Counted from the stretch's first letter, positions 1-11,360 are shown. The stretch: DNA of 64,000 nt from Zygnema circumcarinatum SAG 698-1b (GCA_037447605.1 CM074813.1:1178001-1242000), one strand, 5' to 3'. Made by a program: numbers and translations. Notes: a model not told the origin generated them from the sequence alone.

Positions 1-1731
1 CACATCGGCCCAAGGGATCTGCCCGAACCATGGGGCCCCGCGGGAACGTCATTCGTCCTCCCCTCAGATGGGCCCACTTTGGACCTTCCATGGCATGGAG
101 AGAACTGCATAGTGCAGCGTTCTACAGTGAGATTCCAATTTAGTTGCAGAGAGCTTGTACGCATGGGTGCGCGCACGGAGATAACTCAGAGATTGATTTG
201 CAGAAGGTTGTTAGCGGAGCTGTAAGCAGTGAAATGTATTGATGTTGTTGGTTTTCGGTTTGAAGGTTTGGTCTCACTGACATGGAGAGATCTCGGTATC
301 AAGGAAAGAGAGAGGAAAGCCACTTACCTCGCCTTTAATGAGTGCGTGGTATCATCAAATTCTAAAACCGAAAACTTTGCTTCACGAAATGTGAGGATTA
401 TGGCATCACGTCGCTGCCGGCCATCGTCTCGGCGATGAGAAAGAACCGCCATACTTTCTACGTTCCCATGTAGTCTGCAGTTAGACCAACAAGACTACAC
501 TGTTGGTTCAAGGTAGCTTTAAACTGAGTTAACTTCTCCTCAACAATTGGAAAAAAAAAAAAAAACATCGCCACAAAGGGTTAGGACAATATAGCGCTGA
601 TTTTTGGCACTAATAGCATAATAAAGGTTTTTGAATTTATTTTCGGCAAAAGGCAAAAAACAAACACACATTCTCTCTCCTTCAACAACCTCTCGAAACG
701 TTAGCTGAATATTGTGTGAAATTTCAATAGCTTTAACACGCACTTGTTGAGAGATAGCTTGTGGCCATTCTATTCTAAAACTCCTATATGAGCTCAGTGC
801 CTATGCCCTCCGACCATGAATTTTTGAGGAAGAACGGTTTCATTACATTTTTTGAAAGAAAGTATTGTCCCTGCATTTTACTAAACTAAATCACCACTAT
901 TAACACCGGTAAGAAAAAAATGCAATTTCCTTGAAGAACACACTCATTTCTTACTCCCATTATTTAATTACTAAACTATGTTAGTGTAATTTATGTTTTA
1001 GATCATGTGTGTGCAGATCATAAAACGAAAGAAGAGAAAGAGTGACGAAACGAGGAAGAGTAGTAAGCCAGGCAAGGCAGAGGAAGAATGAAGCAGAAGG
1101 GAGCGAGTCTGTAAAAGCGATAGAGAGTGACGGGAAAGTGGGGGGGGGAGGGGGAGAGAGAGAGAGGAAACGAGACCCACCGGTACTCACACGCAAGCTC
1201 AAGCCACGCTTTCGCGACTGACCCCATAACTTGCGCTCCGCCCTTTGACCCCTCCGACTGTACCCGTCCCTCTCCTTCTTCTCCCTCTGCTTCTTCTCCT
1301 CCTCGTCCTCTTCCTCCTGTACCCTCCTCAGCTCCGGAGCTGCTGTTCTCCCTGCCAGCTGTCGCTCCCACTGCAACCGTCCGGACATAGTAGACCTCCA
1401 GCACATTCGCTTTGGTTAAAATTAAATTCGGAAGCTGCTGCATTCTGGAAAGGGGGCTTCCTCCCTTTGCTGCTCCACGCAGGCTGTGGCCGTTGCCCAG
1501 CAAGGAGTCGGAAGGGTCGGAATCCAGCAGAGGAACGCCATTAGGGTTTCCATGTTCTGAGAGGGACTCCTGGGTTTCAAAGCTTTGAATATGCTTAGGA
1601 TTAGGGCTGAGAGATTGAAAGGCCCGCCCTCCCTCTGTGTCGAGGTCTGCGGGGCAGTGCGTGAGGTAAGCGGAGGCACAGCACTCAACGCCGGTTGGAG
1701 CGTGCACGACATTGAAGGCTGCAAAGCTCAT
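1..1731 (-). CDS. CPSF160: Cleavage and polyadenylation specificity factor 160 kDa subunit, 5' part (gene continues left of window)
   Basis: Exons 1731-1181, 474-328, 104-<1 with GT-AG sites and consistent phase. They give MSFAAFNVVHAPTGVECCASAYLTH...NLILTKANVLEVY...LELACEYR|LHGNVESMAVL...RRDAIILTFREAKFSVLEFDD...|SLHAMEGPKW...RGPMVRADPLGRC, matching the N-terminus of plant CPSF160. Confidence 0.95.
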
Positions 1732-1903
1732 CTCTCTCTCTCGCTCTCCCTCTCGCTCTCTCCCTTCCTTTCACTCTCTCACTCTCGTTCCCCTTCCCCT
1801 CAGTGTACCACTCCCTCTCTCTCTCCTCCCGCACTCCCTCGCACCCCGTGCACGTGTCGCGTCACGCCCTTGGGCTTTCGAGCCGAGGCATCCAATGGCT
1901 ACT

Positions 1904-1932
1904 CGCCACGTGTAAACTACTTACACGTGGCG
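1904..1932. promoter_or_regulatory. Perfect 12-bp inverted repeat made of two G-boxes, upstream of CPSF160
   Basis: CGCCACGTGTAA-actac-TTACACGTGGCG, about 175 bp upstream of the ATG at 1731. Confidence 0.6.
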
Positions 1933-2842
1933 ATTTATGATTGGTACGACTCACTCCGCGCACACCCGTCGGCTCTCGCGCCTCGCCTCGAGGTCGTCTC
2001 CGCCCTTCCCTCTTTCTCCTCCGCTCGCAGAGGGGGCGGAGGGAGGGCCTGCAATGCAGCCTCTGCTCTGCTCTCAGGAATGAGGATGCGTGTGCATCAC
2101 TGCTCTTGCAGCTTCTGAGAGTACTCGGCTTGCGGCACTGGACGCGACTCGAAAGCAGCCAAGCTCGCTTTGCGTCGCTTTGCGACAGAAACGAGCTGGC
2201 CGAGAAGATTGCTCCAAAAAACTCACTGAGGCTTTGTCAAATTCACGTCGCATGGACTCTTGTTTGAAATGTGTCGTTTGGCCCCTTGCGGTTGAACGTT
2301 CAACTGGCAAAGTTAAATCTGTAAAGGAGTTGTAACGTGCTTGCCCACCAGATAGTGACAGACAACGAGCATTGCAATTGGCGGAACACAAATTACAGTA
2401 TTGTCAAAAATCACACTTTCCCTCATAATCAGAGCATGGAATTAAGTGATGTGTACGGACAGACAATCTCAAACCAAAACACAAGGCGACAATAGCCGAA
2501 GTTTCCTGCAATTAGAAATCCTACGGCCAACTCCTAGCGAAAGCTACGAAAGGAAGTTTCCTTTCTGAAGGGTTTTCTTCCCTTCACTTTCCTCCTCGAC
2601 ATGCGATGTAGCGATGCCTGACCTTCCTCTATTGAACTGCTTCCGTTTCTCGCTACATATAAACACAGCCCGCGCAATTATCGTGACAGCTCATATATTT
2701 TAAGTTATTTAACAGCAGCTATTGCGCCCTAATGTTCTCTCTGCTTTCAAACTCAGCTCTAAAATTAAACTCCTGTTGAAAACCGACATCTGAAACACAA
2801 TTTCTCCTCTCTCTCTCTCGCTCTCTATCTATACAAGGCTTC

Positions 2843-5800
2843 CTATGACGAGCAAACTGGCGGACATGGCCGCTTCTTCAGAGGCATTATGGGTTCAGCA
2901 TCGGCTGCATTTTCGAGCAGCTGAGTTGGAGATACGAGGCGGCGCTTCCTCTCACATCCGGGGCTGCAATTCATGCTTCCGGAAACACTTCTCGTGTACG
3001 GTTGAAAGCCGCCTCCCCCGGATCCACCTCCTCCAAATCTTGCATTCCCTGGCGGAGACCTTGGCCCATTCTCTGGAGACTCGCCCCCTGTACTCGACTG
3101 GCCGACAGTTCGAAGCATGGAAAGCCGCTGAACAGGAAAGACAAGGATCATAAAGACGTCAGTAACAGAAGGACAGGTAGAAATGTTTTCGTAGTAAGCG
3201 AGATCATAAGGAGAAAGCGACAGGAAGAGGGAGGAAAAATCTGGAGATGACAAGTGAGAAGCTGGGAAGGGGGGACGGAGCGAGAGAGAGAGAGTGAGAC
3301 AGAATTCAAGATAAGTGTACCTGTCTGTGTGCTTCTGCGCCCAAGTCACCAATACAGCCTCCTGCAGTTCTCCATGGAGATGTCTGAGGAACAGCCGTGG
3401 ATTGGTCAAACGGACTTAATCCGATGGCCTTGTCCCTCCCTACAGGGTGTCCGCATTGGTTTCCCGCATTTGATGCTACAGTCATCTGCGGCAAAGTTGG
3501 ACTCCTTGACTCCTCTCTCTCACCCTCCCCCGATCCCTCCACCTTAACATTCAATTCTCCCTCATTGCCATTCTCTTCCTCCTGTGGCTTCGACAAATTG
3601 GGCAGAGTTAGCTTCTCCTCTCCTTCAGAAGCTGGACAGGAAGTGTGGTGCGAAGGAGAAGCGGCGGCTGAACTTTGGCAAGTCGGGTCATTTGACGAGT
3701 CGATAGCTGTTAGTGCCGCAGCTGCTTCTCCCACACCACTTGCCGCCACCGCAGTTGAGGAATTTCCACTCTTCAAGCTTCCACTATGGTAGTGGTAGTG
3801 GAAATGATGGTGGACTCCGGGAACACCTCCACCCTGGCTTGGTTCTTGCGGAGTCGCTCTAAGTAACGTGGAAGAGCCCTTGTTTCCACCATTCCATGAC
3901 AAAGGAGAAAAATCTCTCGGCAACATATCTCTCGCAAAGAGTGCATGGAATGCCTTTCTCCCTTCACTACTCACTTCTTTCCGAGCATCTCCTCCTCCCC
4001 CTTCAGTTACACTGTGCTTTCCGTGCCGACCACTGTGTCGTTCGCTCTCTCTGTGATCCCCCTTCTCTGCTGCAGGCAAGAGTGTCCCTGCCTGCTCTCC
4101 TCCCAAAGGACTACCAGCACCTGTTCCTCCCTGCCCCTGCTCCCCTTCACCTGCCGCTTCTCCCTCCTCCGACTTTTCCTTGGGCCCCTCTCCTCCATCT
4201 CCGTCAGACGAACCTCCGTCAGATGATCCTGCTCTCCTCTTTCCGTCAGTAGACCCTCCATCAGACGATCCGGCTCGCCGTTTGCCATCAAGATTTCCAC
4301 ATCCTGATGAATTTGAGCTCGGACCTCCTCCCGACGTATCTCCGCCTCTTCCCCCCACTCCCTCCACATTCAAAGCCATATCCCCATCGCCGTCTCCATC
4401 ACCCTCTCCACCACTCCCGTCCGACCCTGAAGACGACTGCACCACTCCCACTTTATGCTTCTCGTCAACCTCGTCCCTAATTCCATTTCCCAGAGGACTG
4501 TTACTCCCACTTACAGACCTTCCTCTTGGCCTTTTCCTTGGAGCTTCTCCTTCCACTAAAGAGGGGGAGGCTCCTCCTTCCGCGAGATCTGTACCGTCAG
4601 AAGAGCTTGACCGCCTGTCCTTTACCTTCTCCACTTTATTTCCTTCGTCATTGGTTCCCTTTTGATTGCATTTTCCCATAGATAGCAGCGCCCTAGCAGG
4701 TTCTCCCTTCACAGTAACATCAAACCCTTCTGTAGGTTCGACTTCTGCAGCCGAGGAGGCCGGAGTGTTGGCCACTGGGCTGCTCGCAGTGAAGGGAACA
4801 GAGCCCTTTTCCGGAGTGGATGACCCTTCACAGTTATGATTGCTATTGACTCCCACATGGGAAAAGCTTGCAGCAATACTCGTAGAGGCTGCAACCCCGG
4901 CTGCAGAAGGAGACGAGTCAGTGCACGTCGTTGCCAGGACGGAGTTTTGCCTGCATGTAGATGGAAGATTTCCAGGCGTCCTACGCATTTTCAATTCCTG
5001 CATCCCAACAGACCAAACATGGAGAGGGGATCAATCGTCTGTGCAGAGAAGAGGACGAAAACCTGCTGAGTTTGATCAGAACATTGCCATGTACATATCA
5101 GAAGGGAGGAAAGAGGGTAATGGAGATAAATGAATCCTTACCTTCAGTCTGGAAGCTCTCTCAGCTCGCCTCATTCCACTTGATTTGGCTGCCATCTTGG
5201 GACTGACGGCCTCACTCTCTCCCACGGGGGCCACAGCGGCCGAGGACTCCTCCTGTGCGTCTGCACTCGTCCCCAAGTCTGCCGGCTTCGAAACTTCTGC
5301 GTTTCTCACTTCCGCTCCCATTCCTCCACCCACTTCCTCTCCTTCTTCCCCCATCTCCCTGCCATTCAACGCTCCCCCGATCTCCTCTCCCTCACCTCCC
5401 TTCCCTACTCTCTCTGCTCTCGCATGCCGTCCATCATCCACCGGAACAGCCTGTGATGTAGCCGCAGTGACAGAAAGAATCCCTCCCTGCATCCCCGGTG
5501 GTACAGCTCCCTGTAGTGCCCACCATGCTGAAGCAGCCGCTACAGTCGCAGCTGCTACAGCTGCTGCAGCACTTCCTTCCTCTCCCTCGCCTGGTGGTGG
5601 CAGGCCAATCTCTCCCATGTTTCCTCGGCTCGACCACATTGAAGCTGCAGCTGCAGCAGCCATGGCTGCCGGATCCGGACCTCCAGGAGCTCCCCATATC
5701 CCGAAGGGAGGGCCTGGGGAAGGTCCTCCATGAGGGCCATAAGCGGCCAAGAAAGCGGGATGGTGACGAGGGGGGGGAAGAGGGAAACTCCCAGGCGGAA

Positions 5801-7992
5801 AGTAGGATGAATGCATCATAGAGGCACTTGTATACTCCATTGGTCCATACATAGGAGTAGACATGTGGGAAGGAATGTCTTCTCGGCCAAGCGACGGAGG
5901 GACAGTCATAGCTGCGAGTCCGGGGTTCAGGTGAAGGTGGGGTCCACCCATGGCTGCTGCTGCAGCAGAAGCCATCATTTGGGCTGTGGCAGCTGCGACA
6001 GCGAAGGATCCATGGCTGCTGCTGTAGTCGTAATGATCAACAGGCCCTCGAGGAGGAAGACCTAAAGGAGCTTCAAAGGGAAAATATCCTCTGTGGTGTT
6101 CCAGCTGCTGGGAAACCCGAGTCATGGCTACAGATGGAGATGCCAATGGATTACGCCAATTTCCACCACAGAAAGGTGAGCCGGAAACGCCTTCCTCCTT
6201 CATCCCTTCGCTGTTTCCCTCTACAGAAAGTCCTGACTCAAGAATGGACCGTTCCGACTGCGAGGGAGCGGAGCTGCCTGCTCCCCTCTCCCCCCTGTCT
6301 CTCTCCCTTCTCACAGACTCCCCTCCACTCTCGCCATGCTCCACAGACGCTCCGCGAGGTACAAATGCACTGTCTCCAGTTCTGAAAGCTGTTCCAATAT
6401 CTCCACTGCTTGAAGCTCGGACCAGTCCAGAGGGAAGTACACCAGGGAGAAGAGCAGCCGCTCTGTGAGCAGTTGGAACGACTAAGGTCTGACCGAATAG
6501 CTTCACACTGTTGGGAGAACCTCCACCTCCTCCTCCCGCCATAGAGGGAGGCTGCGAGGGCGAGGTCATTCCTGAAGAGCAGAGAGGAAGCCCTCCTCGG
6601 GGAGCAACACGGCCGGCAAGGTTCGAACGGAGGTTCCCTGTACCAGTTTGCATCCTGCCGCTATACGGAGAGAAACCGGCATTTCCAGATGACTGGCAGA
6701 GTCCTCCTCCCTGCAGAGAAAACAAAAAATAGGGAGACAGCATGTGCAATGAGAAAGGAGGGAAGAATGAGAGCAAAGGTAAAGGTAACGAAAGAAATGA
6801 TAGTGTGAGAACAAGAGAGTCAAGGGAGACGGCACCTACCATGCTCAACTCTTCTGCAGCAAGTGAAGCTGCTATGGCGCAATCAATATGAGTTGGAGGA
6901 GCCGATACAACTCGAGGTAGCGATCTCCCACTCCCTTCCTCTCTCTCATCCTCTCTCTCTGCAGGACTTCCTGATGTCGTGGATGTCGCTCCCGCCTTCC
7001 GAGGATATGGATGACTTGGCTTCCTTTTCGGTCGAGGTGGCGGAATATCAATATCGGGCAGGGTGCTTTGTGCCACCCCTCCATTCTGTGAAGCATCACG
7101 TTCCAACTGCAAATACAATAGCACAAGTTGGTAAGTTGGTGAGGTGTGAAGTTCAACATTCAGACAATGTGAAAAAAAAAGGAGGAATGGAAGAAAGGGG
7201 TGCTTTCAGGAAAGAAAGAGGGCATCAAAAGGAACGAACTTTGGAAAAAAACTTTTGAGCGTGGCTTCGGATTTGCACCGCAGTTTTGGTGCCTATGTGC
7301 TCTGCATCCATATAGCATAGAGAGGAGAATTGCCCCCAAATCAGATGACAAACCCGACTGACAGACAGAAAACAGATGTCCAAAGTACATAAAAAGCCAC
7401 AAGACCAGATATTGGATACGAGACATGTCGATGTAACAAAGTGCTGAGGGTTAGACCTGTAGAACAGTGATCAACGAATAAGTGTAGAGCAACAGAGAGC
7501 AGTAAAAAAATCTCAGTTCTGTTATCATGAATAGTAAGTGTAAGAACCTTGACCCACAATACACCACTTCAATCATCATCAAAACAGAGTACTTTTGAGC
7601 ACGACAGATCGTTACACATCACTAATCAACATCGTAATCACAGTGAACAATTCGCGTAACCATTCTTCACCATTGATCTAGTAGCTCTATCCTCACCTTC
7701 TATGCGTCTCCACGCTCTTCCATAAAGCCGTAGAGCCTCCAAAAACTTCAAGTGCTCTTCTTCTGCCCATCTTTCTCTCTGCTTTGTAATAGTGTACGGC
7801 TTCCGAACCTGCAACTTCAACAGCCACAAACAAGCTTTCAGAAACTGCTGCTCATTTTGCTTTTGCTGCATGTAAATGGGGCATAATGGATTGGTCATAA
7901 AAAAAAAAAAACAAAACAAAACCCACCTTCGTATTCAAATCATCTGTTGACTGCGGCCTCTCGAGGCCCCGAAGATGAGGAGATCCGGACAT
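2843..7992 (-). CDS. LHY: LHY/CCA1-like single-MYB (SHAQKF) circadian clock transcription factor, about 1345 aa (possibly 1400 aa from ATG 9200)
   Basis: Exons 7992-7927, 7808-7697, 7301-7240, 7106-6840, 6710-5142, 4997-3321, 3127-2843, all phase-consistent. MYB domain [14 protein letters not shown]...[15 protein letters not shown]|[21 protein letters not shown]. Also present: [48 protein letters not shown] and C-terminal GFQPY, the LHY/CCA1 signature motifs. Confidence 0.93.
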
Positions 7993-8066
7993 GTCAGAAG
8001 GGACAGAGTTAACGCTCTGAGAAGAAGTTTGCAACGGCAGGCTATGTGGGTACTGTTGAACAGATT

Positions 8067-8123
8067 TCAGTCTGACAGAATATGGAAGATAGGGACTCCA
8101 GTAGGCGCTGACAGGAAGAGCAT
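8067..8123 (-). promoter_or_regulatory. Candidate uORF (18 aa, MLFLSAPTGVPIFHILSD) in the LHY leader
   Basis: ATG at 8123 lies just inside the acceptor at 8128-8129 and TGA is at 8067-8069. It is out of frame with the main ATG and ends 74 nt before it. Confidence 0.45.
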
Positions 8124-9329
8124 CCACCTGACCGGAGTACACAAGCAACAAAGCAGTTAGAAATACGAAATATAAGAAGAATATGATAAGAAATCAATGC
8201 TTCGTCTCTCCCTTTTTGCTGCAGCCTCTCGCTCTCCTCCGTTTCCTCTTATCTTCACTTTTCTCTCGCTCTCTCACACACACATGCGCAACCCCATCCC
8301 CAAGACACACATCCCCAGACCCGCAACACCACAATGCAGATATCTTCAAATCAAGATGCCCTTTCTAAACATTTGATAAGAGATTTTTCACCCCTAACAA
8401 CTTATGGAAAGAAAGATTTGTATACGGTCATCCCAGCATTCATGGACAAATCGTTTCGCTACCGATTAACATACAATGCACCAAACCACTCAATTCAGTT
8501 TCTCTTTAGCTGCGTACTGTACATGCGAAACATTCACCCGTTCTCACGGTGAAATAACTCCCGTTCCCTCTCTCTAGCCCTGTGTTCCCCCTCACCGACC
8601 CTCCTCGCATTCCCTTCCCCCAACCTCTCTGTCCCCGTCTCTCACTGTGTCTCTCCCTGAGTGCGCCCTCTATCCGTCCCCTCAGTTGGCCTTACAACCT
8701 GTTTCACGGCATGCCTGCATCTTACCACTACGCATTCACTCACTCCCCTCGACTTGCTTACCTATATGCTTTCCATCTCTCTCTCTCTCTCCCTCCCAGC
8801 CCTGCGTCTGACTTCCTCCCTCTTCCCCACTCTCCCACTTCCTCCTGCAGAGGTCTCTCCCTCCCTCCATCTTCCAGCCCACCAACTTCCGCCCCCACTT
8901 TCTTCCCTCCTCGCTTTCCCTTTTTCACCCGTTCGCCCCGTCACTCTCAACTTCGTCTTCCCTTCCCTTCCCACCTCTCCATTTCCTCGTATCTCCCGTG
9001 CTCCCGTGTCCCATCGCTCATCTCGTCGCCTTCCCTCCCTTATCCCGCTCACTATATGCATTCCTTCTTCTCTCCCTCTCCCCTCCACCCATTCAACTTT
9101 CCTCGCTCTCCTAAAAGACATGTGTACAAGGATAGCGAAGTATCCGATCTTTTGTGAGCTAGATTTTCACCTTATCCGTCGGATGCGGATGAAGAATCAT
9201 ATCAAACGCTCGTGGAATGGCCTCCTTGGTTCCTCATAGGGGGTGGAGAAGGAACCCTTTCCAGAAGCTTATCAGACTGACTCAAAATGTGAAAAAAGCT
9301 CTAAGGATCGCTTTCGTATGGCTCAAATC

Positions 9330-9392
9330 TCAGAAAACACAGTCAAGGACAGACCTAGAATGGCTCAAGTGTCCCATGAGCTCCTTAAACAT
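9330..9392 (-). promoter_or_regulatory. Candidate uORF (20 aa, MFKELMGHLSHSRSVLDCVF) in predicted LHY leader exon 9410-9171
   Basis: ATG 9392, TGA 9330-9332. The exon is inferred from a TGCAG acceptor (9411-9412) and an AAG|GTGAA donor (9169-9170). Confidence 0.35.
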
Positions 9393-9729
9393 CCGACAAA
9401 TCCTCGTTTCCTGCAGAGCATCTTCAACCCGCAATCATTCGGCGGACCTCCCATTCTCTCGTGCCCTCTCCCGCCCTCCTCCCCTACTGCTGCTCTCTCC
9501 TCCTGTTCTCCCTCCCTTTTTCCTGCTGCGTTTCTTCCTATCACGCTACTCACTCTCCCTCTCTCTCCCTCTCACTCTCCCTCTCACTCTCTCTCAATCT
9601 CTCTCTCTCTCTCTCTCCTTTTCCACCTTATCCCTTATCCTGCCACAGATGTATCTATGTACCCTGCTAAGGACGGCCTTCTTCTAAATAGAGAGAGATA
9701 CGGTAGATGCCTTCAGGCCGCGCCCTAAT

Positions 9730-11360
9730 CCGAGCGAGCGAGCGAGGGAGCAGCGAGCGACCTGGCGGACGGAAACCACGAGCTGCGCCGGAGTGTGCGG
9801 GCGGGCCGGGAGGGGCCGCCCGGGCCGGGCAGGGGGAAAACATGTTTTTACTGGCCGGGGAGCTGAGGGGATATTTCTTTGGAACCCGGAAACGGGCCGG
9901 CCAATGAGGGCGAAGGTTTGGGGTGGCGTCCGCTGACCGTGAATGGGGCGGAATTTTTCACGGGCAGGGATGGGCAGCGAGGGGAAATTTATTTGGAGGA
10001 GAAACTAACTGTGCGTGTCTTCGCACGTGTAAATAATATCGCGGATTGGGTGTGTGAGAGCGGTTTATTGGAGGAAGTTTTTGTAGGAGGGGTAGAGAAA
10101 GTTTTCAATTTCTGGGCAGCTAGGTGGGGAACGGTCTGACGAGAAAAACATTCAAGCTCCAGATGGTAAACCTTGAACGGACTGCCAACCAAAAGAAAAC
10201 CAACTCGAGCGGGCAGATTGAACATTTCACCTCGCCTGCCCTTATCCTGTTTTCCCTCGTACCCAACCCCAAAACGTTCCCAGAAAAACATTTTCCCCTG
10301 CCCGCCCCCCGCCGCCGTCCCCAGCCGCGCGCGAGCAGGCGGCGAAGCTTGTGGCGCGGAGCCGCCGCCACACTGCTGGCTCAGATTCGCCGCCGCCTCT
10401 GCCGTCCGATCCGCCCCTCCAAGTGATCCGACGGGGGGGGCCGCCCGCCGGCCCGGGCAGCCCCAATGCTCTTGGCTGGGGCAGCGCCACGTGGCATCCT
10501 CTGCGGGCAGCAATCCACCCATCCCGGCCGTACGGATCGGATCTCGCGGGCGGCCGTGGGCCACAAGCGGGGGCTTTTGCTTTCGCTTTTGCGCGCTTTT
10601 TGCGAGACGGCGCCACGTGGCGGATAGCGGGGGGGCCGGGGCCAATGGCGGGATCGGGCGGAGCTGACGCCGACAAACGGTACGGATGGCAAGGGCGCAC
10701 GCGCAATAATGGATAGGAGGGCGGATCCGGCACGGCGGGCAGACGGAAAATATTTCTTTTGTACGGAACTGTTTAAAACGTTCCTGCCACGCGGAATAAC
10801 CGAAAGGCGGTTTGAGCCGTTCTGCTTAGATCTTCGCAATGTCTACTTTTTTGGCCCTAACAAACAGATTCAGCCTATGAGCGAAATGTCCAAGAAAGTT
10901 TTCAAGTGCCCGCAAACCCAAAACTATATATTTTCCATGACCGGGCAGCCCGCACACGGCATAAGCGCCAGTCCCCGCCCCCAAACCGGCCCGCCCTGGC
11001 GCTGCGCCACGTGACCCAAGGATATTTGGCAAGTATCGCCCTCGATCCGGCCCGCGCCCTCCCCGCCACGAGTCCGCCCCCGTGCGCCCCGTTCCGCCAC
11101 GTGGCCACCCTCGCCCCTTTTTCCTCCGCACAGCGCGGCGGGCCGGCCCCGCCCAGCCCCACCTTCCGCCGCCGCCTCCAACCGTCGATCTCCGCAAGCG
11201 CCAAATCGTGCCGTTCGCCACAAGCCGACAACTCGCCCGCCCAGCCCCCACCACGTCAGCGCGCCCTTGCGGCCACCCGCTCGCGACGCCGCCGAACGCG
11301 CTTCGCCACGCGTTGCTTGGCGCTGCGTGACGTGACATTACGTGACGTGACGTGATAGCC
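9730..11360. promoter_or_regulatory. GC-rich promoter island upstream of LHY with a G-box cluster
   Basis: GCCACGTGGC at 10486, 10612 and 11096, GCCACGTGAC at 11006, GGATATTT (AAATATCC on minus) at 9869 and 11020, several CCAAT sites, and very high CpG density. Confidence 0.65.
11326..11355. repeat. Phased pentamer array (CGTGA)x5 with one CATTA interruption, giving overlapping TGACGTG bZIP-type sites
   Basis: CGTGA CGTGA CATTA CGTGA CGTGA CGTGA. Confidence 0.75.

Noticed and set aside
1541-1549. TTAGGGTTT as an interstitial telomere or telo-box (also 18578, 58082)
   Set aside because: These are single copies. One is inside coding sequence and none is arrayed. Only the 30627 copy has supporting promoter context.
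2040-2340. Short ORFs between CPSF160 and the LHY 3' end (similarly 19836-20332, 26305-27202, 42829-43834, 46813-47043)
   Set aside because: No recognisable domain, no phase-consistent exon chain and no preferred frame. They are treated as UTR or intergenic unless RNA-seq shows otherwise.
8582-9728. Long Leu/Ser/Pro-rich or Arg/Glu/Gly-rich ORFs (also 16366-17280, 25353-26328, 29370-30015, 45458-46336, 59425-59909, 62050-62581)
   Set aside because: They sit on CT/GA tracts that lack stop codons by composition, and they fall in introns or UTRs of identified genes.
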